From positions 128,001-192,000 of the IMG/VR virus record IMGVR_UViG_3300001487_000119: a DNA stretch of 64,000 nt; one strand, written 5' to 3'. The position numbers and the translations under genes are program-made. The notes beneath the pieces are model-generated. The model worked only from the letters and a program-made list of their open reading frames with translations, did not search any database and was not told the DNA's origin. Origin of the DNA: a virus. Lineage: Duplodnaviria > Caudoviricetes. Below, one piece after another: positions 52,758 to 63,998 of this stretch (position 1 is its first letter; every line of letters begins with the position of its first letter).

Positions 52758-54676
52758 TATGCAACCCATTCAACTTTTCCTTCATATATTGTTGAATTTA
52801 CATCTATTCCGCCATTATCTATTATTAATGCAAAATAACGTTCTGACATCGGAACTGCCATAATTTGTTTTGCATTGTCTGCACTTATATAAAATGATAA
52901 CGAACCTAAACTAAAATTAGTTTTTGCATTATCCATATTTGGTAAAATTTCAATATTTCCACCATTAACAGACGGGAATATTAATTTATATTTCCATGGG
53001 CCTGTTAAATCAAATGCAGTTCTCGTATTATCAGCATTTAATGTATATAATCTAAGTTGATAATTAGAACCTGTTCGATGCAATCTTAATGTCATTCTGC
53101 CCTATGCATATACATTAGCAATATCATCATTAACACCGACAATCAACTCAGTAACATCATAATATTCTCTGATAATTTGCGGTTTTGATTGAATTTGTGC
53201 AGGATTAGAAATTTTAAATTCTGATTTATCAATTTTATTAACAATTTTATAATTAATAACATTAGTTGTATCAATTTGTGTTAATATATATTTGTATGGA
53301 TCTTTAATTGTCATTGATGCGGAACGAACAATATCTGTATTATTCATTCTGTTATACAAGTGGCAATTATATTGAATAACAATAGATTTGCAATTCATAT
53401 TTGTTCTCTCTTTAATATATGGAACAAATTTTGAAATATAAAAATCGCCATCATCAGGTTTTCTATAACTGTAATCTATTGTATTTGTATAAAAATCTGT
53501 ATATGTTTCAGATTTTGTATTATTCGGATCATCAATATGATATATTTTATCATAAACATATGTAACAGTTAATTCATTAATAATTATCCATTTACACGGA
53601 ATATCACCTTCATTGTCACCATACATTTCAATAAATTCATCCATTCCGTCATTCGCAGAATCATATTCGCTATAGCTAATTAATGGAATTTCACCTGTAT
53701 CAATTTTCCACATTATATCAAGATTAATGGGTTCAATTTGGTTACCGTCACCAAATGTCGGATAATATATAATAGAATGTGTAGTGTCATCTTCATATAA
53801 ATTAACACCGATATTATTTGCATTAGATTCCGGGAAAATAGACATTTCTTTCTTTGCATCTAATATAATATCCTGCGGCCCCCTTGTATCATATTGATTT
53901 TCTAATGTTATATTATTAAACTATGCTGTTGCAAATTCAATAATAATATTAGAGAACCTGTCAACTTTACCTCTTAAATAATATGTTTCATTATTATCAT
54001 TAATATATTTGTAAATATAATCAATATTTCTATTATTAATAGCAATATCCTATGCAGACGGGAGCTTAATTTCAATATATCTGTCATAAAATTTGCTATT
54101 CAAGTATAATGGAGATTCTAACCAATGAATATTATCTTTTAATTCCTCTTTAGATATATACCAATTTAAAAGATATATATAATCATCTATACGATTAACT
54201 ATTGTATTTGCATATTCATCTTCGCCGGTTACTTTAATAACTTTGCCTTTAACTTTAAGAGAATAACCTGCAATATTATTCATAATATAACCGGTTAACA
54301 AATATAATCGTATAGTATCACAATATATAGAATCTTCACGTTCTTCTTCATTATTTGTATCTTGTATTAATCGACCAATTTGATAATCTGTATTATTTAC
54401 ATATATATTATGACCATATGGATATTTTGTATTATTATTCGCTATTTCAATAGAGGAATCAATACCGCCATAATATTCTGTAAAATTATCATCTTTTAAA
54501 TATAAACCATGTTTAATATTATCATTTAATATACAGTATTGATTATTATCAACTCCTTCATATACTAAATACTTACATGGTTTTCCGGTTGAATTCCTTG
54601 TAATTGCATATTGATCAGTCTTATATTCTAATAATACTTGTCCGGTTACTTGAAAAAACTTTGATTGAACTGCCAT
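52757..54676 (-). CDS. Putative structural protein, 639 aa (TAG-recoded)
   Basis: Three ORF-track pieces in one frame joined by TAG; located in the baseplate operon behind ATAAATA. Confidence 0.7.
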
Positions 54677-54773
54677 AATTAACCTTATATAATTATTATT
54701 TTATTATTTATTTGAATAAAATAAAAGACCACCAATTTCTTGATGATCTTTTTATAAATTATTATAATTAAAA

Positions 54774-55394
54774 TTATCGTTTGCCTGGGCGAATACTTCT
54801 ATTATATCTTTCATTTAAAAATCTAGTAAATCCGCCAGTTCTTCTATAACCTCTTGCTTCATTTACTTTTTTATTAACTGCACCGCATTCAGATGTTGGA
54901 GCATCTCCGCATTCATTTTTTGGTTTTTCTTGTTTATTATCAACAAGCGGTTTATCACCATTATCACCATCAGCTTCTTGTCCCTTAATAGCTTTTTTAT
55001 CATTTTCACCATAAGTTTTACGAACTTCATTAGCAAGGAAATTTGCAGTATATTGCACATCTTCATTTTGAAGTTCAACTAATTTTTGTTGGAGATTTTT
55101 ATCTAAACCACGATTAAGAATTGCATTTGCTAATTGAACAACATTGGCAATTTTTGTTGGATTTTCCCCGATTTTTTTAGATTTAACTAATTTTACCATA
55201 CCACGAATAACACCGGCCCAATCTTCAGCTGTTGCATTTTTTGTGATATTTTGAATTTGTTTATCCTTTTTAACCAATTCAAGAAGTTTATCAGCAACTT
55301 CTGTATCATCAAATTGGAAATCCTCATTAAGCGCTTTTCTTAATTCACGTGAAACATTATTAACAATGCTTTCATATAATTTTCTTTTATCCAT
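54774..55394 (-). CDS. Leader-bearing protein
   Basis: MDKRKLYESIVNNVSRELRKALNED; further VNE and LNE sites near the C-terminus. Confidence 0.75.
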   Translation of the reverse strand: MDKRKLYESIVNNVSRELRKALNEDFQFDDTEVADKLLELVKKDKQIQNITKNATAEDWAGVIRGMVKLVKSKKIGENPTKIANVVQLANAILNRGLDKNLQQKLVELQNEDVQYTANFLANEVRKTYGENDKKAIKGQEADGDNGDKPLVDNKQEKPKNECGDAPTSECGAVNKKVNEARGYRRTGGFTRFLNERYNRSIRPGKR

Positions 55395-55402
55395 ATTATA
55401 AT

Positions 55403-55768
55403 TTAATTATTTTTAAATATATTTCTAATTTTATCTATAATAGTTAAAGATTTTTTATCATCTTTAATAATTTTTCGTATTTCAATGAAATCTAAATTTT
55501 CTGTATAATATGTCGGAATAGCTTTAGTTTTATCTTCAATAGCTACAGTGATAGTTGCATACCATACACCATTATGACGAACATTATCAAATTTAAATGA
55601 CTAATCTAAATCTTCATCTAGAACCCCCATTTTTTGGGATTTCTTTGCGATTTTATCATTTAAATATGCATATGATTTAATAGCAATAACTTCACCAATT
55701 TTATTATTGGTAGTTAAAACTAAATCACCGATTTTAATATCCTAAAAACTAATTTTTGTTTTTGACAT
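55403..55768 (-). CDS. Hypothetical protein with SH3/KOW-like start (TAG-recoded)
   Basis: MSKTKISF(TAG)DIKIGDLVLTTNNKIGEV; open to TAA 55403-55405. Confidence 0.6.
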
Positions 55769-55798
55769 TACAGATATAATTTAATCTTTTATTATTTA

Positions 55799-57919
55799 TT
55801 ATAATTTATTCTTATCAATTTTATCACTTATATTTTTGAATATGGTTTCAAACATTGTATTAAGTGATGATACATTAAATGTATTCATATTCGGTTTATT
55901 ATCATAACTAAATTCACTGTTTACTGTCAAATCTTCTTTATATTCTAATTCACCGTATGCATGTAAAATCTAATTTTTTACTGTATCATCACAACAACCT
56001 AAATTTGGCACAGTTATATTATAACCATTTTCAATAACATATGCAATCATTTTTATAAATTTATATAATTGTGCATATGTATCAATACGCAACCAATTAT
56101 CACCTAATGATAATGGATCATATTTTCCGGGATAACCATAACCACCTCTTGTATAATTATAATTATATAAATACACTGCAAACTACTGCGGATATTCCCA
56201 TGTTTTTCCAGTACCTTTCTCTTCAACTGTTTTATTATGATCTTCAACAATAAGAATACTTAACAAATAGACAAAACGTTGTAATAATGCAAATTTATTA
56301 TATGCATGAATATCTTCAGCCTCTGTACTATTTTTAGATGCGTGAATATCTCCAATCTATCCATTACTATATTCTCCAAAACAGTCAATAACCGCATTTG
56401 CTAAATGAATAGATTCTTCAGATTTGTTATTTAATTTAGAAACATCTGCTTGACATCTGCCCTAATTATCTATTTGGAGAACCTTCAATCCGGTCATAAG
56501 TTTTTTCATTAATTGTATCTCTTCTTTAGTTAATCCATCAAAAGTTTCATCATCAAAACCACCAGTTGGAGTATTATTTATTTTTTCTGTACATGCATAC
56601 TATGCTTTAATATTTCCGCGTATAAAAATATCTCGAAACAAATAATATTTTGCAATCGGACTACAATGAATTCTGTCAAAATGTTCATCCAATAAATTTA
56701 TAAATTTATATAAATTATCTAAAAAATCGGCTTCATATTCTTCAACTAATTTATCAACATTGATTCCATTATCTTTTAATATCAAATCAATAACAGGTAA
56801 ATCAAATTTTCTGTATGGATCAGTTGATGTACGTTCTTTATTTAATATACTGGTTGTTAAATAATTGGTTAATTTTTTATTTGTAAGAACATAATTTGGA
56901 AGTTTTCTGTTAATTTCATCATAATTGGTTATAACAGTTTCTGAAAACATTTCCTGAATTTTTTGTTTGCATTTTTCTTCATATGATGCGGCCTGTTTTT
57001 TCTCTTCTTCAATATTACCAATTTCAGATTCAATTAATTCTTTAAATTCCTATAATTTTTCTTCATAGTTTTCCGGTGTAAACTAATAATTAAAATCAGT
57101 TTTAACATTACCTTCATTATCACATATTAGTACAACCATTTTTAGAAAATCATACCAATTATCAAATGCATTATAATATAAATTTGTATTAGAATAACTG
57201 AGATTTCCGGAAAATCCTTTTAAATGTTCAACAAAATTATGCGGAATTTTAACAGCATTATCTATTTCAGTAAATCCATTTTTATTTAAACCATTATATG
57301 GATAATAATAATTTTTATTATTCCATATACAACGATATATAGATATTTCTTGATTTATTCCTATAAATTGAAGAGGTGTTTTAATTTTATTAAGTAAACT
57401 TTCTGCAGTTTCATTAATTCCATAACCCAAATCTAAATAAATATCTCCGATATAAACCGGTCCATTAGCATAAGTTTCACAAATTTTAATTAATGGATAT
57501 GATATTGTCATAAATCTAGAAGAACCGTTATGACCATATGAATTGCAATTTCCTATATGTAATTCTTTAGTATTATTATTTAAATCAAGATATAAATAAT
57601 ATTGTTTCCATTCTTTTTTATTATTTTGTATAATTTCAATATATGCTAAATAATGTGTATTACTGTCTTGGTGATATTCTTTCCATGCATATTTAATATC
57701 ATTATTTACTTTATCTAACATTCCTATTGGATTAAATACATACTGTTTTAAAAATGTATCAAAATCAATAGTGCTTGAAACTTTGGTACTGGTTTGTGAC
57801 ATCTAAGTTATATCAACGTCTTCGTCATCAAAATCATCTAATGAAAAGTTAAGATGATGTACTGTACTTTCATATATTCTATTAAAATCAAAATCTGATA
57901 ATTTTTCAAATTTAAACAT
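55799..57919 (-). CDS. 706-aa protein with degenerate leader (TAG-recoded)
   Basis: MFKFEKL...RIYESTVHHLNFSLDDFDDED; joins three ORF pieces across TAGs. Confidence 0.7.
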
Positions 57920-57968
57920 AGTTATTTTATATAATTTGAATTATTTTTATATTTATTTTTATTAGTAA

Positions 57969-57996
57969 AAACTAATATATTAAACTATTCTATAAT
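57969..57996 (+). promoter_or_regulatory. Putative middle promoter AAACT-N17-TATAAT
   Basis: Exact motif upstream of the RNase H gene. Confidence 0.6.
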
Positions 57997-58023
57997 AAAT
58001 AGAAAAACTAAACAAAGTTGTTT

Positions 58024-59190
58024 ATGAAAACTAATAAAACGATTTTATGTCTTGATTGGAGTAATATCCTTTTTAGATCATTATTCATAAATCAACTATA
58101 TGGCACTAAAATGACATATGACAATATTGAAGATTGCCAATCATTCATTTATAAGTTTGCCACAGATGTTTGTTCAATTATTAATATTTTTAAACCAAAT
58201 AATGTGATTCTGTTGACAGATTCTCAACATGCGTGGCGTAAAAATGTTTTGCCTGGAGAAGACGGATACAAATCAAACCGTCAAAAACAAGAAGGGGTTA
58301 ATTGGGATAATATTTTTAAGTGTTCAGATGATCTGAAGCAACTTTTTAAAAATGCAGGTTGTCATGTAGCTGAATATGAGCACAGTGAAGCAGATGATAT
58401 GGCTGCTTTGTGTAAAGAAGTGATATTTGAAAAATATCATGATTATAATTTAATTATTGTTTCTGCTGATGCAGATTTGCGTCAATTAATTGATTTTGAT
58501 CCATTGACAAATCAATATTGTGCTGTTTATAATACAATAGTTAAAGGTAAAACTGGTAAAAGATTTCTTTACATTACTCAAGAAATGCAAGATTGGCTTA
58601 ATAAAGAAGATCAAATTGATATTTTCTTTAGTAATATAGATGAATCAAAGCAATATATTAAAGATATTGTTGCACAAAATGTTAAAATTGGAATTGAAGT
58701 TGAAAATCCGAATGAAGTTCTTTTGCATAAAATTTTTTGTGGTGATGATGGTGACTGTGTTCCCAGTTTTTATAATTGGATTCATAATGGAAAAGTTGTC
58801 AGAATTACACCGGCAAAAGAAAGAAAAATTCGTGAAATGCTTGGAATCAAAACCATTCATGATTTAATTCAAGCAAAAGATAATTTAAAACCAATACTTG
58901 AATCAGTTACTAAAAAAGATGTTAATGATATTAATGTTATTGAACGTTTGAATCGTCAACGCACTTTAGTAGAATTAAATTCAAGTTTGTTCCCTAAAGA
59001 TATTCAATCATATAAAGATACTATTGATTATATGATTCAATCTACCGGAGAAGCTGTATTTGCCAATATGAAAGCTGCAAATATTCTTAAAGGCACTGAA
59101 TATGAAAATTCTAATAAGCCTAAAGCAATAACAGCAAGTGTATTTAAAGATATGGAAAAATATGGTTTAACAACTATTCCGATTTTCTAA
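58024..59190 (+). CDS. T4 RNase H-like 5'-3' exonuclease (FEN family)
   Basis: LDWSN, DS..WRK, YKSNR, EADD, SADADL.QL, GDDGD.VP. Confidence 0.88.
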   Translation: MKTNKTILCLDWSNILFRSLFINQLYGTKMTYDNIEDCQSFIYKFATDVCSIINIFKPNNVILLTDSQHAWRKNVLPGEDGYKSNRQKQEGVNWDNIFKCSDDLKQLFKNAGCHVAEYEHSEADDMAALCKEVIFEKYHDYNLIIVSADADLRQLIDFDPLTNQYCAVYNTIVKGKTGKRFLYITQEMQDWLNKEDQIDIFFSNIDESKQYIKDIVAQNVKIGIEVENPNEVLLHKIFCGDDGDCVPSFYNWIHNGKVVRITPAKERKIREMLGIKTIHDLIQAKDNLKPILESVTKKDVNDINVIERLNRQRTLVELNSSLFPKDIQSYKDTIDYMIQSTGEAVFANMKAANILKGTEYENSNKPKAITASVFKDMEKYGLTTIPIF

Positions 59191-59230
59191 AAATGAATAA
59201 TAAATAACAAAAATAATAATTAATTGAATT

Positions 59231-60304
59231 ATGAGTAATAAAAATAATTTTGATGAATCTGAATTAGCAGCATATGCCCAATCTGTTGAAGGATCATAGA
59301 CGCCAGAGATGACAATGCCTGCTGAAGATGCTCCAAAGGTTGTTGAGGAAAAAACTGAAGAAAAACAACCTACTATTGAGGAACGCCGTGATCTTGCATC
59401 TCAACGAATTGCAACACCAGTAAAAACAACAGCAGAACTTCATGCAGAACGTGAAGAAGAAATTCGTCGTGAATCTGCAGAACGCGGTATTGGAAATGGT
59501 ATTGTCCCAGTTGAATCTCTTCCATCTAAGGGTTTATTTTATCCTATTGGTACAAAAATTTATATTCGTTCAGCAACACTTGGCGATATTAAACGTTGGT
59601 CTTCTATGAATGAATCTGATATTAATGATATCACTGAAAAAATGGAATCAATTTTTGAAAGTTGCTGTACTATAACTTTTGGACCTAATTCAGATAAACG
59701 TGCAAGATATAATGATATTCTTGATTTGGATCGTCTTTATATTTTATTTGCAATTCATGATTGGACATTCCCGGAAGGTAAAAATGATGTCAAGATTAAA
59801 ATATCTGAAAAAGATGATATCATTATGAGAAAAGAAAATGTCAAATTTATTGAATTCCCAGAAAAACTTATGAAGTTTTATAATGAACAAAAACGTTGTT
59901 TCTGTTTCCCGGTTGAAAATAAAGGAGCATTTAAAGAAACAAATGGTATGATGGAGATTCATATGCCAACAATCGGTATTAGTAATTGGTTAAAAGATTA
60001 TATGACTATTGCAAACCAACGTCATGATAATATTGATGAAGATTTCTTAACATATGCATCATTATTAATTCCTGATTGGAGACTTTTAAATATTGATTAT
60101 TATTATAATTTAATAGATAGTACTACTGATTGGGGAACATATGAGTGGTCATTGATTTCAAAAGTAAGAGATATTATTGTTAATTCTGCCGGGAATCCAA
60201 CTATAACATATCTTGATAAGGGAGGCGTTGAACATGAGGTTCCGCTCTACTTTCGCAACGGACTCAAATCATTATTCCAAGTAGAACTCAAGATCGACCT
60301 TTAA
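59231..60304 (+). CDS. T4 gp26-like baseplate hub/tail assembly protein (TAG-recoded)
   Basis: LPSKGLFY, IRSAT, DRLYILFAI; one TAG near the N-terminus. Confidence 0.65.
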
Positions 60305-60752
60305 TGAACCTGAAAAAACTGATAATGAATTATATAAATTAATTTATGATGAAATTAAATTATATCCGGCTTCATATCCTATTTTACAAGGGTTTGGTAT
60401 AAGTTATAAAAATTCCGGATATACACAATCATTAATTAGAACATCTGCTGAAGTATTAAATCCATGTGTTGGTTTTAATCATACATGGGAACAATTAGTA
60501 AATATAATTTATTATTTAGTTAAAGAAGGACATTTTGCAATGTCAGATCTTGAAAGAAGTGATTGGTATTTTGTAAGTCTTTTATATGATACTTTACGTG
60601 AAGAAATTGAACAAGAAGCTAAACGCAGAGAAGAAGAAAATCGTAGACAAGAACAAGAAATGGCCAATTATCAACAAATGCAAGATTATCAATCTAAAAT
60701 GATGGATAATATGAATTATAATCAAAGTATACCTTCAATGCCATCATTTTAA
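60234..60752 (+). CDS. Tail-assembly-chaperone-like ORF overlapping the gp26-like gene in the +1 frame
   Basis: Frame is open (one TAG) from ATG 60234; no other ATG until 60540; C-terminus SDLERSDWY..LLYDTLREEIEQE. Confidence 0.6.
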
Positions 60753-60793
60753 ATAATTAAAAGACACTAAGAAATTAGTGTCTTTTTCTATAA

Positions 60794-60821
60794 AAACTTT
60801 TATATTTTATAATTGTAAAAT
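60794..60821 (+). promoter_or_regulatory. Putative middle promoter AAACT-N17-TAAAAT
   Basis: Exact spacing; directly after a terminator. Confidence 0.55.
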
Positions 60822-60845
60822 ATATAAATAATATATTTTTAAAAT

Positions 60846-61235
60846 ATGGTTTACGATATTGATTATATTAGAGATAATGAAAGATATACTTTATTTGATA
60901 TTGAGATTTGGTTAAAACCAAGAGAATGCCGGTATGAAAATGGGCAATATGTAAAAGACGATACATGGCGTTCAGAATTGCATTGTACAACCAATGGAGC
61001 AAGTATTGCAAAATTTGTTTTTGAAAACATTAATACACAAGAATGCTTAAATGATTTTCGAACAGATTGTGAAAAAATTGAGTGGCTTCGTGGTTATTTA
61101 CATGAAGAACATAAAAACTATTGGTTATCAATGGAAGAAGCATCTAATATGTTGTATCATAATCATTTACCAGATATTAAAAAAATAATTTTTAATTTTG
61201 CTGAAAAGTGGAATCTTTCAATAAATGAAGACTAA
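60846..61235 (+). CDS. Hypothetical protein
   Basis: 129-aa ORF. Confidence 0.65.
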   Translation: MVYDIDYIRDNERYTLFDIEIWLKPRECRYENGQYVKDDTWRSELHCTTNGASIAKFVFENINTQECLNDFRTDCEKIEWLRGYLHEEHKNYWLSMEEASNMLYHNHLPDIKKIIFNFAEKWNLSINED

Positions 61236-61261
61236 AAACAAAAATAATATTTAATAAAAAA

Positions 61262-61687
61262 ATGAGTAAAGAAAAAGAGCAAGAAGTAAAAGCCGAAGAT
61301 CTCAATCTTGAATTACCATCTAGTATTTTAACTAAGGAATTTGAAGATGATGATAGTGATATGCCACTACCAGAGACAGCTGATTATAAAGATCCAAAGC
61401 AAGCAGATGACAACAGAGTATTATTACCAACTCCAAAATTCCATACATTATTTAATGAATGCTTAGGAAAAATGCCATATGCCGCTATTTTGAAGAATTC
61501 AAATAATGATCAAATTAAATTAGTGGATTTGATTAAATTTGTAGAAGTAAAAGCTGGTGGTTTAACAGTTAAAGAAATGAATACTATTATTTCATTTGTA
61601 GCTGGATGCCCATTAGAATTTGTAAGGCCATTTATGGAAATTGTAGAATCTGCTGAACGTCAAAAAGAACTTTGGGTTTTGAAGTAA
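61262..61687 (+). CDS. Hypothetical protein
   Basis: 141-aa ORF followed by a terminator. Confidence 0.7.
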   Translation: MSKEKEQEVKAEDLNLELPSSILTKEFEDDDSDMPLPETADYKDPKQADDNRVLLPTPKFHTLFNECLGKMPYAAILKNSNNDQIKLVDLIKFVEVKAGGLTVKEMNTIISFVAGCPLEFVRPFMEIVESAERQKELWVLK

Positions 61688-61693
61688 AAAAAT

Positions 61694-61722
61694 AAAGGAG
61701 GAACTTTTAAATTCCTCCTTTT
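61694..61722. terminator. Bidirectional terminator
   Basis: AAAGGAGGAA...TTCCTCCTTT. Confidence 0.7.
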
Positions 61723-61725
61723 TCA

Positions 61726-61902
61726 TTAATGTTTTCTAATATAACCTAATGCAATATTTATTTGTTTTAATTCATCTAAAATTTGTAATAATATATTATC
61801 ACTATAATTATCAATACTATTTTCATTTAAAGTTTTCTTAACTTCTTTAGATACTGAAGTCATAATGCTTTCATATAAAGCTTTTTTGTTATCTTTTTTC
61901 AT
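61726..61902 (-). CDS. 58-aa protein, about half of it the conserved leader
   Basis: MKKDNKKALYESIMTSVSKEVKKTLNEN...; AATAAATATATTGA upstream; missed by the ORF track. Confidence 0.7.
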   Translation of the reverse strand: MKKDNKKALYESIMTSVSKEVKKTLNENSIDNYSDNILLQILDELKQINIALGYIRKH

Positions 61903-61948
61903 ATTATTAACTATTTTTTTATTATCAATATATTTATTTAATTATTCA

Positions 61949-63655
61949 TTAAGAAAATATCATATATTTAATTCTAATTGGATCTGGATTTGGATTATAA
62001 ACAACCAAACTAGTTGGCAAATTCAAATCATGAGATTGTGGATCATCATCTTTTCCAATAATCATGTATGCTTCACCAACTTTATTCCATAAATCATTTT
62101 CATGAACCCATTGCAAATATCTAAATAAACCTATAATATTCTTTTTTCTAGAATAATAATTTTGTCCCATATATGTCAAATCATCATCAATGTCTTTATT
62201 TGGACGATATGGATCCATATAATCAGTATCAATATCTTTAATTTGCTATTGAACTGAATTTTCTGATAGCTTTCCATCATCCCAACCATCTGTTAAAGAG
62301 CTAACTGAATTTTCTAATCCAAGAGAACCGAATTCTGGATGCAAATGTCTGAAATCTTTTTCCTCTTTAACTAAAGTTGCATTAGACAAAACTCCATAAA
62401 TCTTTGGAAGGAATTGATGTTCTTTGGTAGGCATATATAATTTAACTTTTGATTTAATATGATTAACCCAAAGTGATGCATATTCATAATCATCTGTTTT
62501 AGATGGCCAATCAGGAATAAGAACAATTCCTCTGAATGCACCATTTGGATATTTCATTAATGGAATTCTCTTATGTCTATCTTCTCTTAACCAATAAAAA
62601 TCTCTGTAATATGCATTTAATTCATCTATGTGGGTTTTAATATCATTAATTATATTGTATAATGCTTCCAAAGCAGTATCATCTAAATAAAAATTAATTA
62701 TATCATCATCATAAACAGTATTTTGTGCCTCGATATTATATTTTTCGAGCCATTCTTCATCTCCTGTTTCTTCCCACATTTTAAAATAATCAATCATTTT
62801 CCTAAATGACTCAATATCTTTAACAGCATCAATATAATTATGTAATAACCAAGTATATAAATCACAATCGACTTCATAATTATCTGTAGGATTAACTGAT
62901 ACTATATCATTAATACCGTCACCATCAGAATCTTCACCGGTTTGTTCAAGTTTCATAGGTTTATATTTTTCAATTAAATCATACATAAATTGTTTTAATT
63001 GCTTGATGCCCTTTTTAAATGGAGAATCTGGAAAATCTTCAGATTGAAATTTAACAGTTACTTTTAAATTATTGATATAATAGAAATATCCTTCTTTTTG
63101 TGACAAGAAAACTAAATATTCATATGTATGTCCGTCAATCTCGTCAACTTCATCTTGAATAGATGCAGAAACTAAAATATTATATTTTTGGAACGCATCA
63201 TTAATTTCTTTAATAAATGAAGTTTGTCTATTAGCTGCAGTATGAATATGAAAACGTTTTGGTGCAAAATTATTATAAATCACATCAAAATCACAATCAA
63301 TATATTTTTCATATCCATCAGTTTCTTTTAATTGCTTTGGAATAACATAATAATATGAAGCTGCTGACAAACCAAATTCTTGTCCCTGTAGAACGGTTGC
63401 AGAATGAGGCTGGAGAATTCTGGTTTCTGTAGTGTATTGAGTAATTCCACTTGCATGAATCTAAGATAAATCAATATTAGACAATGGGTTGCCATTAGAA
63501 TCTGTTATAGTTCCGGCAGAACCGCCTGATACACTGCCTATAATATCAAATGATGTATTATTTTCATCAATAGCTGAATTACATGTATATCCAGAACTGA
63601 CTACATTATTTGATGTTGAATATAATTTATAAAATAAATTTTTATTTGATGCCAT
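61949..63655 (-). CDS. Putative structural protein, 568 aa (TAG-recoded)
   Basis: Three ORF pieces in frame across two TAGs; DSDGDGIND loop; ATAAATA upstream. Confidence 0.7.
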
Positions 63656-63692
63656 ATTAATTCTATTTAATACTTTTTATATTTATTAAATC

Positions 63693-63998
63693 TTAGTTAC
63701 TGTAAACTTCTCCAAAAACCTTTTTACCATCACCACTAAATTGAACAGTAAGATCTTTATGAGATTCAGACCAATCATTTAATACGTTTGCAACAGCATT
63801 TGCGATAACATTTGCTAATATACGATTATTTTCTCTTTGTATTTCATCTTGTTTCTTTTGTTCCTCTTCCTTTTTATTAGGATTAAACATATTAGAAACA
63901 GTATCTTTAACATTATGTGTTGCAGCAGATACCATATTAGCGCCGGTTTGCATAATATTGCTGAGTGACATTGTTTTTGCAATATCCCATGCTTTTGA
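63693..63998 (-). CDS. C-terminal end of a gene running off the window (possibly tape-measure-like)
   Basis: Open to the window edge; Ala/Asn-rich helical sequence. Confidence 0.5.
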   Translation of the reverse strand, partial: SKAWDIAKTMSLSNIMQTGANMVSAATHNVKDTVSNMFNPNKKEEEQKKQDEIQRENNRILANVIANAVANVLNDWSESHKDLTVQFSGDGKKVFGEVYSN

